From: Kofleriaceae bacterium
GTDB taxonomy: Bacteria > Myxococcota_A > Polyangia > Haliangiales > Haliangiaceae
Length of the DNA stretch: 64,000 nt
Reading direction: 5' to 3'
Assembly (NCBI GenBank): GCA_965215005.1
Contig: CBDCCZ010000054.1
Span: forward strand, 64,001 to 128,000
Positions 20,467 through 30,594 of this stretch are shown in pieces. A model generated the notes under the pieces. That model saw only the letters and a list, made by a program, of their open reading frames with translations. It was not told where the DNA came from and did not search any database. Within the stretch, counting starts at the first letter, position 1. The number at the start of each line of letters is the position of its first letter. The translations under genes were made by a program, and so were the position numbers.

Positions 20467-20589
20467 CTCACCCCCAACTCCACGGAAAGTCTAAGAAAAG
20501 GCGCTAACGAAGCTAGTTGAGTAAATCAGTCGAAGTGTAATGAGGGGGCAAAGGCGCGGGCCCGATCGATAGTCGCCCGCTGCCTGCCC
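20430..20589 (-). ncRNA. Candidate sigma54-dependent small RNA (~160 nt)
   Basis: Sigma54 promoter with +1 predicted at the base of a 5' GC hairpin, U-rich middle, intrinsic terminator; no ATG on this strand. Confidence 0.7.
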
Positions 20590-20598
20590 TAAGCCTAG

Positions 20599-20614
20599 AG
20601 CAAGGGACGGGCCA
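20599..20614 (-). promoter_or_regulatory. Sigma54 (-24/-12) promoter
   Basis: TGGCCCG-TCCC-TTGCT, one mismatch to TGGCACG-N4-TTGCW. Confidence 0.8.
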
Positions 20615-20752
20615 CACCTGCTACTCCTCGCAATCTCTTGTGTTTGTCGATCGCCCGTGTTACCGACGGGCTCTGCATGCCCGTCTGAATCGGCGTAGGT
20701 AGGACATCCGTGTCACGGCCGGGCGAGCAGGCGCAACTTTCTGCACAGCCCA

Positions 20753-22411
20753 ATGCCAGAGAACGTTCTTGTCGTGAATGCAGAGGGCCCCGAGACCCGC
20801 GTAGGCGTGGTCCACGAGGGCGTCCTCTCCGAGTACTTCGTCGAGCGCAAGCGCGAGCGAGGCATGGTCGGCAACATCTATCGCGGTCGCGTGACGCGAG
20901 TGTTACCGGGCATGCAAGCCGCCTTTGTGGATCTCGGCCCCACCGTTGAACGCGCCGCGTTCCTGTACGTCGCCGATGTGCTGGGCGCCGCTGACGAGAA
21001 GAAGCACCTCACTGAGGATAGCGACGACTCCAGCGACGACTCCCCCGAGGGCACCGCCTCGCGCATCGTGCGGTCGCGCAAACGCGATGAGAACCGCAAG
21101 ATCGAGGACTTGCTCAAGCCCGGCCAGACGGTGCTCGTGCAGATCGTTAAAGATCCCATCGGTCCCAAAGGCGCGCGGGTTACCGGATATCTGTCGCTGC
21201 CGGGGCGCTACTCGGTGTTCATGCCGGCGATCGACCACATCGGGGTCTCGCGTCGCATCGCCGCGGATGCCGAGCGCAAGCGACTGCGCGACATCGTGAG
21301 GGAGGTCAAGCCCAAGGGCGCCGGGTTCATCTTGCGTACCGCCGCCGAAGCCACCGCCGATGACGAGATTCGCGACGATGTGACCTACTTGGTGCGCCTA
21401 TGGGAAGAGATCATGCGGCGCGAGAAGACCACCAAAGGTCCTGGTCTGGTCTACGCAGATCTCGATTTGGTGCTGCGGACGGTGCGGGATCTTCTGCGGC
21501 ACGACACCACGCACATCTATATCGATGATCCCGACCAGTACGACCGCGCGAAGAAGTTCACGTCGGCGTTCTTGCCGCGCTATGCCGATCGCATCCAGCA
21601 CTACGATGGCCGGCAGGCCATCTTCGATCACTTCGGCATCGAGGCCGAGCTGCGCAGCGCTTCGTCGCGCCGCGTACCGCTCAAATCGGGCGGCTCGTTG
21701 GTGATCGACCAAGGCGAGGCCCTCACCGCGATCGACGTCAACACCGGCAGCTTCGTCGGCAAAGACGATCTCGAGCAGACGGTCACCAAGAACAATCTCG
21801 AAGCCTGCAAAGAGGTCGCTCGTCAGCTTCGGCTGCGCAACATCGGCGGCATCATCGTGATCGACTTCGTCGACATGGACAAAGAGGCCAATCGCAAGAA
21901 GGTCTGGGACGCCTTCAACAAGGCGCTCGAGGGCGACCGCTCGCGCTGCAACGTCACCAAGATCAGCGAGCTCGGGCTGGTAGAAATGACCCGCAAGCGG
22001 ACGCGTGAGTCGCTGTTGCAGCTGCTCACCGAGCCGTGCGCGGCGTGTGATGGCGCTGGCGTGGTCAAGAGCACCACCACGGCGGCGTACGAGATCCTGC
22101 GCGAGGTGCGGCGGCTCGGCAACACCGCCCCGGCGGACGAGATCGACGTCGAGTGCGCGCCACGGGTGGCGGAGCTGCTGCGCAAGTTCGAACGCGATTA
22201 CCTCGACGAGCTCGAGAAGAAGTTCCAAAAGAAGATCGAGATCAAGGGCAACGCGTCGATGCGCGCCGGGCAGTTCAAAGTGGCGGGCCGCGGTGGCGAC
22301 ACCAACGCCGTCGAGCTCGCTGGCGGCAATGGCAAGGCCGGTCGCCGTCGCTCGAGCCGCGGCGGCCGTAAGCGCGGCAAGCCCAAAGACAGCGAAACGC
22401 CAACCAGCTGA
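20753..22411 (+). CDS. rng: Rne/Rng family ribonuclease
   Basis: GNIYRGRVTRVLPGMQAAFVD, IDVNTG, RLRNIGGIIVIDFVDM, CxxC zinc link; short basic tail. Confidence 0.93.
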   Translation: MPENVLVVNAEGPETRVGVVHEGVLSEYFVERKRERGMVGNIYRGRVTRVLPGMQAAFVDLGPTVERAAFLYVADVLGAADEKKHLTEDSDDSSDDSPEGTASRIVRSRKRDENRKIEDLLKPGQTVLVQIVKDPIGPKGARVTGYLSLPGRYSVFMPAIDHIGVSRRIAADAERKRLRDIVREVKPKGAGFILRTAAEATADDEIRDDVTYLVRLWEEIMRREKTTKGPGLVYADLDLVLRTVRDLLRHDTTHIYIDDPDQYDRAKKFTSAFLPRYADRIQHYDGRQAIFDHFGIEAELRSASSRRVPLKSGGSLVIDQGEALTAIDVNTGSFVGKDDLEQTVTKNNLEACKEVARQLRLRNIGGIIVIDFVDMDKEANRKKVWDAFNKALEGDRSRCNVTKISELGLVEMTRKRTRESLLQLLTEPCAACDGAGVVKSTTTAAYEILREVRRLGNTAPADEIDVECAPRVAELLRKFERDYLDELEKKFQKKIEIKGNASMRAGQFKVAGRGGDTNAVELAGGNGKAGRRRSSRGGRKRGKPKDSETPTS

Positions 22412-22619
22412 GCACGACGTCGTCGAGGGCCCGCCTGCGGCCCTCGACTCATCGGTGATTCGGCGCTAGCCCGCCGGTCAGCCGTGTCGTCGGCTCCGCG
22501 GCCAAGGCATTGCGTGTTGCCACGGAGAGACTGGCCGGCCAGAGCCACGCCCGCAGTGCTGCCGCTGGCGCTGGTGTCGGCTACACTGCTGCCGCGCCTT
22601 TGGGGCGCTTGCATTCGCC

Positions 22620-23255
22620 ATGAGCTACACCCGCCGGATCATCGAGACCGCCCGCGACGGGCTCAACACGTTGATGGCGCGCGTTGCCGCCGACGACACG
22701 CCGCTCTCCCACGTGCATGCAGAAGAGCTCCACGGTGAGCTCAGTGACCGCAAAGCGGCTCGCGATGCATCGGGTAAAGGACCGCTGGACAACCCTCGCG
22801 CTAAGCTCGCTGGCGCCTCGGAAGCGGCGCAGCGGCAGCGGCAAAAGATGGCTGCAGACCGCGAAGCGCGGATTCTCGGGGCGCGCCGCAAGCAGCAGGA
22901 AGCCCAGCAACGCGCCCAGGACGCTGCCTTTCGCGAGGCGCAAGAGCGGGCGCGGCGGCAGACCCGCTCCAGCAGCAATACCAGCGCCGGCTCTCAGCAG
23001 TCCAGTGGTAGCCGTCGCACCCAAGGCTTTCCGTTCGGCCGGCACGACGAGAAGCTCGCGCAGTACTACAAGGTGCTCGACCTAGCTCCGGGCGCCAGCT
23101 TCGATGAAGTTAAGCAGGCCTATCGGAAGGCGATGCGCAAGTATCATCCCGATCGTCACGCTGGAAATCCCAAGAAGCAGAAGGCGGCCACCGAGCTCAC
23201 GATGCGCGTGACTCAGGCCTACAACGAGCTCGAGCAACATTTGAAAAAGCGCTAG
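22620..23255 (+). CDS. C-terminal J-domain co-chaperone
   Basis: YYKVL..VKQAYRK..KYHPD at the C-terminus; coiled-coil N-terminal part. Confidence 0.88.
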   Translation: MSYTRRIIETARDGLNTLMARVAADDTPLSHVHAEELHGELSDRKAARDASGKGPLDNPRAKLAGASEAAQRQRQKMAADREARILGARRKQQEAQQRAQDAAFREAQERARRQTRSSSNTSAGSQQSSGSRRTQGFPFGRHDEKLAQYYKVLDLAPGASFDEVKQAYRKAMRKYHPDRHAGNPKKQKAATELTMRVTQAYNELEQHLKKR

Positions 23256-23406
23256 TGGTTCACGGCGGAAGTCGTGAACCGCTAGCAAAGCAACAATCGC
23301 TTGGGGAGACGCCGAAGGGGGCGCGTGAGTAGCGGAAATCTGCCGCCCTTGCCCGCATCGGCGCGGCGGATCTCTGCGTCATGAGTCCCGCGGTGGCGTA
23401 CTCTAG
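23252..23406. repeat. ~155-bp CTAG-bounded structured dispersed repeat (MITE-like)
   Basis: Closely matches the reverse complement of 36756-36908; its first CTAG overlaps the TAG stop of the J-domain gene. Confidence 0.9.
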
Positions 23407-23495
23407 TCCGAGTGCGACAGCGCTAGAATCATCAGGTTTGGAGCGCGCTCTGCGCTCGCCGTTGCACTCACTGCGGTGAACGTTGCCGCGGTGTT

Positions 23496-24122
23496 CTACG
23501 AGCCAGGAATCAGGTCGAGGTGGTCGGCGGGGGCGATCTTGCCGCGGAGTGCGCGATACTCGCCTCCCCACTGCTCGACGATGAGCGTATCGTCGTCGGT
23601 GCCGTTGTAAAGCCACCAGCGGCAGCGCTCGACGGTATCGGGGCGCGTGGTCTTGGCGCCGGCCAAGGTGCCGATCTCGCCGCTGAGGCGGACGGTCGCA
23701 GTGCCGCGCTTCTCGAGGTTGTAGCGCTTGTTCTCTGCCAGAATGGTTTCGGGTGGATATCCCGCGAGCTCGAGCTGCGAGTCTTCCGTGAGCATGCGCG
23801 CTTGCAGCTGCCCGAGCCGCTCGATACCGATGATCATCCAGCGCGCGTCGGCGCCATCGGTGAGCTTGCCGCCGATCCACGTGTGGCCATCCTCGTCGTA
23901 GCCGAGCACGCCTTCGACCAAGAAGTCTTTGCCATCGTAGGTCACCACGTCGCCGACCCGGAGCTCACGCAGACCCCGCTCGATCATAGAGGCGCCGGGC
24001 AGCGCTTTGGGCGCGGGCCGACCTTCGAGGGCGCGCTGCCGTCGGCCCAGCGCCAAACCGGCGCCCACCGCGGTCGCGGCGCCAGCGACCACGAGCAGAG
24101 TAATGATGAGGGCCGTGAACAT
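23496..24122 (-). CDS. Membrane-anchored DUF4178-like protein
   Basis: N-terminal TM, L..GDVV.YDG.DF.V.G...Y, Y...E.G.A, LIVEQW pattern. Confidence 0.65.
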   Translation of the reverse strand: MFTALIITLLVVAGAATAVGAGLALGRRQRALEGRPAPKALPGASMIERGLRELRVGDVVTYDGKDFLVEGVLGYDEDGHTWIGGKLTDGADARWMIIGIERLGQLQARMLTEDSQLELAGYPPETILAENKRYNLEKRGTATVRLSGEIGTLAGAKTTRPDTVERCRWWLYNGTDDDTLIVEQWGGEYRALRGKIAPADHLDLIPGS

Positions 24123-24300
24123 GATGGGCGAGGCATTGTGCCGACCGCGAGTGCAGTGGTCAAACGCTAACGCAGCGCGGCAAGATTGTTGGCTTTTGGC
24201 TCCGCGGGATCGCTTGACACCCCGCCGGTGATCTCAGTACACGGTCAATGCGCTCCGTCCCGGTTCCCCGGCGTGGTGCGCAAGATCCAGGAGGAGCGAC

Positions 24301-25413
24301 ATGGTAGCCGTTCAAGTTCAATCCGAAGAAATGCGTCGCGTCCTCGACGACGAAGGCAAGGTCCTCCCCGGCGCCAAGCCGCCCGCGATTCCCGAAGACG
24401 ACCTCGTTCGCATCTTCGACACGATGATGATGGTGCGCGTCATGGACGACCGCATGATGCGCCTGCAGCGACAGGGCCGGCTCGGCTTTTATATGAAGTC
24501 GATCGGCGAAGAGGCGAGCCACTTTGCCGTCTACCCGCTGCGCCAGAGCGACTGGGTGTTTCCGAGTTATCGCGAGCCGGGCGCGTTCTTCTGGCGCGGT
24601 TACACCATCGAGACCTTCATCAATCAGTTGTTCGGCAACGTTCGTGATCCCATCAAGGGTCGGCAGATGCCGGTGCATCACAGCTTTCGCGAAGGCAATG
24701 TCGTCTCGATTAGCTCTCCGGTTGGTACGCAGATTCCGCAGGCCGTGGGTGCCGCGCAAGCCGCCAAGATCTCCGGCACCGACGATGTTGCGGTGACCTA
24801 CTTCGGCGAGGGCACCTCGTCTACTGGCGAGTTCCACGTCGCGATGAACTTCGCCGGCGTATGGAAGGCGCCGGTTGTGTTCATCTGTCGCAATAACGGC
24901 TGGGCCATCTCGGTGCCGCTCGAGAAGCAGACCGCTGCCAAGAGCTTTGCTTCCAAGGGCGTTGGCTACGGCATGCCGGGCGTGCTCGTCGATGGCAACG
25001 ACGTGCTGGCCGTGATTGCGGCCTCCAATGAAGCCGTCGAGCGCGCTCGTGCGGGCGACGGCCCAACGCTCATTGAAGCGCGCACCTATCGCGTGCAGGG
25101 ACACTCGAGCTCCGACGATCCGTCGGTGTATCGAGATGCCAACGAGCCGGCGATTTGGGAGCGAAAAGATCCGCTCAAGCGGTTTCGCAACTATCTCAAG
25201 AGTAAAGACGTCTGGTCCGAAGAGCTCGAGAGCTCGATCGTCGAGAAGCACAATCAGGCGATTACCGACGCACTGGCGCAAGCCGAAGAGCTCGGCCCGC
25301 CGCCCCTGGAGACGCTGTTTGACGACGTCTACGAGCACACCACCTGGAACCTTGACGAGCAGCGCGAGTGGTTGCTCGCTCAGGACCGCGTCAAGTCCCC
25401 CCACAGCCACTGA
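24301..25413 (+). CDS. 2-oxoacid dehydrogenase E1 alpha subunit (copy 1; PDH or branched-chain)
   Basis: LQRQGR, KGRQMPVH, GEG...NNGWAIS ThDP motif, HSSSDDPSVYR. Confidence 0.93.
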   Translation: MVAVQVQSEEMRRVLDDEGKVLPGAKPPAIPEDDLVRIFDTMMMVRVMDDRMMRLQRQGRLGFYMKSIGEEASHFAVYPLRQSDWVFPSYREPGAFFWRGYTIETFINQLFGNVRDPIKGRQMPVHHSFREGNVVSISSPVGTQIPQAVGAAQAAKISGTDDVAVTYFGEGTSSTGEFHVAMNFAGVWKAPVVFICRNNGWAISVPLEKQTAAKSFASKGVGYGMPGVLVDGNDVLAVIAASNEAVERARAGDGPTLIEARTYRVQGHSSSDDPSVYRDANEPAIWERKDPLKRFRNYLKSKDVWSEELESSIVEKHNQAITDALAQAEELGPPPLETLFDDVYEHTTWNLDEQREWLLAQDRVKSPHSH

Positions 25414-25506
25414 CCTCGCACTGCGGCTCGTCCGCGCCGCGCGCGTGCGAGCCGAGTAGCGAGTGCTGCGCCGCTTAGACCGCCGCCGGAAACTCAGGAG
25501 CAATCG

Positions 25507-26481
<975 letters not shown>

Positions 26482-26483
26482 CC

Positions 26484-27842
26484 ATGTCGTTCAACTTCCA
26501 TCTGCCCGACATCGGGGAAGGCGTCGTCGAGGGCGAGATCGTGAGCTGGAAGGTCGCGGTTGGCGATCCGATTGCCCTCGATCAGCCCATGGTCGAGGTC
26601 ATGACCGACAAGGCCACGGTCGAGATTCCCGCGCCGCGGGCTGGCACGATCAAACAGATCAACTTCAAAGAGGGCGAAATCTGCCCGGTGGGCGACGTGC
26701 TCGTCGTCATCGAAGAAGCGGGTGGCAAGGCCGCGGGTGGCAAGGCAGTAGCGCCACCGCAGGCGCCGCCGGCCAGCAAGAACGGCAACGGCGCCCATGC
26801 TCCTATGGCGGCGGGTGCCACGAAGGCCGAGCTGCCCACGCCGCCGCGCCAGGACCGCGCTAAGAACCAGCCAATGGCAACTGCTTCGGCCTCGCTCGTC
26901 GATGTCTCGGCGGACCGCCAACGGGTCAAGGCAACGCCGGCAACGCGCCGGTTAGCGCGGCAGATGAGCGTCGACATCACCACGGTCCCCGCGACCGGCA
27001 AACACGGTCGAGTCACCTCTGACGACGTTCGTGGGTTCGCCGAAAACGGCGGCTCGAGCGCCGGTCAAAGCGCCCGCGCTAACGGCGCCGGCTCGGCGCA
27101 AAGTCGAGCATTCGAGCCGCTGCGCATCGAGGACACCGGCGCCGAAGAGCGGGTGCCGCTGCGCGGAATGCGCAAGCGCATCGCCGAGAACATGACCAGG
27201 TCGGTGTTTACCGCCACGCACTTCACCTACGTCGAGGAGGTCGATATGACCGAGCTCGTCGAGGTGCGCGAGCGTGCCAAGAGCCGCGCGCAGGCGCGCG
27301 ATATCAAGCTCACCTATCTGCCGTTCATCGTCAAAGCGATCGTCTCGAACCTGCGCAAGTGGCCGCAGCTCAACGCCTCGCTCGACGAGTCGACCCAGGA
27401 GATCGTTCTCAAAAAGTATTATCACATCGGCATCGCCGCGCAGGGGCCGCAGGGGCTGGCGGTGAGTGTCCTGCGCGACGCTGATCGCCGCTCAATCTTT
27501 GATTTGGCGCAAGAGATTCAGCGGCTCGGCGACGCGGTGCGAACCGGCACCGCCTCACGCGAGGAGCTTACTGGCTCGACCTTCACGATCACCTCCCTCG
27601 GCAAGCTTGGCGGGGTGCTGGCGACGCCGATCATCAACTTCCCCGAGGTGGGAATCGTTGGTGTGCACAAGATGGAGCAGAAGCCCGCCATTCGCGACGG
27701 CGAGATCGTTGCGCGCTGGCTGATGAATCTCTCTATCTCACTCGATCATCGGTTGGTCGACGGCTGGGATGGCGCGATGTTCTTGCAGGACGTCAAGTCG
27801 TTCCTCGAAGACCCCACCACCATGTTCTTGGAGATGGTGTAA
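26484..27842 (+). CDS. Dihydrolipoamide acyltransferase E2
   Basis: One lipoyl domain (TDKA), E3-binding ATPATRRLA, catalytic DHRLVDG. Confidence 0.95.
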   Translation: MSFNFHLPDIGEGVVEGEIVSWKVAVGDPIALDQPMVEVMTDKATVEIPAPRAGTIKQINFKEGEICPVGDVLVVIEEAGGKAAGGKAVAPPQAPPASKNGNGAHAPMAAGATKAELPTPPRQDRAKNQPMATASASLVDVSADRQRVKATPATRRLARQMSVDITTVPATGKHGRVTSDDVRGFAENGGSSAGQSARANGAGSAQSRAFEPLRIEDTGAEERVPLRGMRKRIAENMTRSVFTATHFTYVEEVDMTELVEVRERAKSRAQARDIKLTYLPFIVKAIVSNLRKWPQLNASLDESTQEIVLKKYYHIGIAAQGPQGLAVSVLRDADRRSIFDLAQEIQRLGDAVRTGTASREELTGSTFTITSLGKLGGVLATPIINFPEVGIVGVHKMEQKPAIRDGEIVARWLMNLSISLDHRLVDGWDGAMFLQDVKSFLEDPTTMFLEMV

Positions 27843-29030
27843 ATGGCGGCGCCGACGGTCGCGAGTGGCAAGGGCAAGCCGGCAGCGCGCCCGGCGGCGC
27901 GACGCGGCGCCTTCGCGTATTTCGACAAGAGCCCTGAGGACAAGGCACGCGGGCTGTTTCAGCTCATCGACGAGGATGGTCACGCCAAAGCGGCCGATGT
28001 CGCCGGGGTGAGTGAAACGCTCGCGATGCGTCTCTATCGCGGCATGCTCACCATTCGCGTCACCGACGCTCGAATGATGGCGCTGCAGCGGCAGGGGCGC
28101 ATTGGCTTCTACGGTGAGGCGCTCGGGCAAGAGGCCGCCGTGGTCGGTTCCGCGGCGGCTTCCACGCCCGAAGACTGGATCGTCCCGGCGCTACGCGAGG
28201 CGGGCGTTGGCCTTCTGCGCGGAATGTCCCTTGGCGGCTACATTGCGCAGATCTATGGCAACGGCAACGACGTCACCAAGGGCCGGCAGATGCCCTGCCA
28301 TCCCTGCGATCGCCCAAGCAACTACGTGGTGATGTCATCGTGCGTGTCCACGCAAATTCCCCATGCGGTTGGCATCGCGATGGCCATGAAGCTCTCTGGT
28401 GACGGCGGCAAATGTTGCTTTGGCTACATGGGCGATGGCGGCACCAGCGAAGGCGATTTCCACGTCGCGCTCAACTTCGCAGGCGTGACTGCAGCGCCTG
28501 CGGTGCTGATCTGTCAGAACAACCAATGGGCCATCTCTACGCCGGGCACGGCACAAACCGCGGCTCCGACCATCGCCGTTAAGGGGCTTGGCTATGGCGT
28601 CGAGTCTCTACGTGCAGACGGCAACGACGTGCTCGCGGTTTACGAAGTTTGCAAATACGCTGCAGAGCGCGCTCGACGGGGCGACGGGCCTTCGTTCATC
28701 GAGCTCCTCACCTATCGCGTGAGCGCGCACTCCTCGTCAGATGATCCCTCACGCTATCGCGATGAGACGGTCACGGATGTGTGGAAGCGCAAGCGCGACC
28801 CGCTGGCTAGGCTGCACGCGTTCATGCAAGCTCGCGGATGGATCGATGACAAGCGGCGCGATGAGATGGCCGCTGAGCTCGAGCGCGAGGTGCGCAGCGT
28901 GATCGATTCGCAAGAGAGTGCTGGCAAGCCACCGCTCTCCTCCCTCATCGAAGATGTTTACGAAGAGCCAACTTGGCTGTTGCGCGAGCAGATGGACGAG
29001 CTCGTCCGCTCGCTAGAGGAGAATGACTAA
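27843..29030 (+). CDS. 2-oxoacid dehydrogenase E1 alpha subunit (copy 2)
   Basis: LQRQGR, KGRQMPCH, GDG...NNQWAIS, HSSSDDPSRYR. Confidence 0.93.
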   Translation: MAAPTVASGKGKPAARPAARRGAFAYFDKSPEDKARGLFQLIDEDGHAKAADVAGVSETLAMRLYRGMLTIRVTDARMMALQRQGRIGFYGEALGQEAAVVGSAAASTPEDWIVPALREAGVGLLRGMSLGGYIAQIYGNGNDVTKGRQMPCHPCDRPSNYVVMSSCVSTQIPHAVGIAMAMKLSGDGGKCCFGYMGDGGTSEGDFHVALNFAGVTAAPAVLICQNNQWAISTPGTAQTAAPTIAVKGLGYGVESLRADGNDVLAVYEVCKYAAERARRGDGPSFIELLTYRVSAHSSSDDPSRYRDETVTDVWKRKRDPLARLHAFMQARGWIDDKRRDEMAAELEREVRSVIDSQESAGKPPLSSLIEDVYEEPTWLLREQMDELVRSLEEND

Positions 29031-30454
29031 TGGCAAGCGAGCAGCGAGTCGACTGTGTCGTCATCGGCAGTGGCCCCGGCGGATATCCAACCGGCATCCG
29101 CCTCGGTCAGCTGGGCGTCAAGACCGTGGTGGTCGAGAAGGAATATGCCGGCGGCGTATGTCTCAACGTCGGTTGCATTCCCTCCAAGGCTCTCATTCAC
29201 GCAGCCAAGACCTTCGAGAAGCTCGGGCACTCGGCCGACATGGGAATCCAGGTCAAAGAGGCGCCCGGCGTGGACATGGCCAAGATGCAGGAGTGGAAAT
29301 CCGGCATCGTCAATAAGCTCACCGGCGGCGTCAAGCAGCTGCTCAAAGCGGCGGGCACTGAGCTCGTCATGGGCACCGCCCGTATCGAGAAGGGCGGCGC
29401 CGATGGCCATAAAGTCATCGTCAAAGGCGAGAAGGGCGAAACCACGATTCTAGCCAAGAACGTGGTCATCGCGACCGGCACTCGTCCCATCGAGATTCCC
29501 GGCTTCGAGATCGACCAGAAGCGCGTGCTCGACTCGAGCGGCGGGTTGGCGCTCAGCGAAGTGCCCAAGCGAGTTGTGGTAATCGGCGGCGGCTACATTG
29601 GTCTCGAGCTCGGCACCGTCTACGCCAAGCTTGGCAGCAAGGTCACCGTGGTGGAGGCGTTGCCTTCCGTGCTGTCGGGAATGGAGCCCGAGTGCGTGAA
29701 GGTCGTGGCGCAGAAGCTGCGCAAGATGGGCGTCGAGGTGATGACGGAGGCCAAGGCCAAGTCGTGGCAAGACAAAGGCGATCGCGCGGTGGTCACCGTC
29801 ACCGCCAAAGATGGCAGCGAGGTCACTATCGACACCGACAAGATCTTGTTGTCGGTTGGCCGCCGGCCAAACTCGGAGAACCTTGGCCTCGACGGTCTGG
29901 GAGTCAAGGTCGAGCGTGGCTTCATCAAGGTCGATGAGTTCATGCGAACCAACGTGGCAGGCATCTACGCCATCGGCGACGTGGTCGGCGGCATGATGCT
30001 GGCGCACAAGGCGACCAAGGAAGGCATCACCGTCGCTGAGATCATCGCCGGCCACAGCGCCGCGATGGATGTACGCACCATTCCGGCCGTGGTGTTCACC
30101 GATCCGGAAATCGCTTCCACCGGCATGACCGAGGATCAGGCCAAAGAAGCCGGCTTCAAGAACCTCAAGGTCGGCAAGTTCCCCTTCGCCGCACTGGGAC
30201 GCGCCATGAGTGTCAATGACACCACCGGCTTTGCCAAAATCATCGCGGATGCCGACTCCGGGGAGATTCTCGGCCTGCACATCGTCGGCACCGGCGCCTC
30301 CGATCTCATCAGCGAAGGCGCACTCGCCATCGAGATGGGCGCGGTCCTGCACGACGTAGCCCTGACCATTCATCCGCATCCCACTCTCTCCGAAGCGGTC
30401 ATGGAAGCCGCCCACGTCGCCCTCGGCGAAGCCGTTCACGTTACCCAACGCTGA
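29030..30454 (+). CDS. lpdA: Dihydrolipoamide dehydrogenase E3
   Basis: GGVCLNVGCIPSK, GGGYIGLE, HPHPTLSE. Confidence 0.97.
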   Translation: MASEQRVDCVVIGSGPGGYPTGIRLGQLGVKTVVVEKEYAGGVCLNVGCIPSKALIHAAKTFEKLGHSADMGIQVKEAPGVDMAKMQEWKSGIVNKLTGGVKQLLKAAGTELVMGTARIEKGGADGHKVIVKGEKGETTILAKNVVIATGTRPIEIPGFEIDQKRVLDSSGGLALSEVPKRVVVIGGGYIGLELGTVYAKLGSKVTVVEALPSVLSGMEPECVKVVAQKLRKMGVEVMTEAKAKSWQDKGDRAVVTVTAKDGSEVTIDTDKILLSVGRRPNSENLGLDGLGVKVERGFIKVDEFMRTNVAGIYAIGDVVGGMMLAHKATKEGITVAEIIAGHSAAMDVRTIPAVVFTDPEIASTGMTEDQAKEAGFKNLKVGKFPFAALGRAMSVNDTTGFAKIIADADSGEILGLHIVGTGASDLISEGALAIEMGAVLHDVALTIHPHPTLSEAVMEAAHVALGEAVHVTQR

Positions 30455-30594
30455 GCTCGCTCTGGCGGGCAAGCTGGCTCGGGAGGTCGGCCCAAGGCTA
30501 CGAGTATGGCTTTGCTCGCTGCAACTGTCTTGTCCGCCAGCGCTGCGCCTAGCCACGACCGCTGCGTTGGCGGTTCCACCGCAGGCGGGCAGTC

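Noticed and set aside
20480..20500. GGAAAGTC as the RNase P RNA signature
   Set aside because: The rest of the rnpB conserved motifs are absent.
24214..24243. TTGACA sigma70 promoter for the dehydrogenase operon
   Set aside because: Perfect -35 but only a poor -10 (TACACG); not supportable alone.
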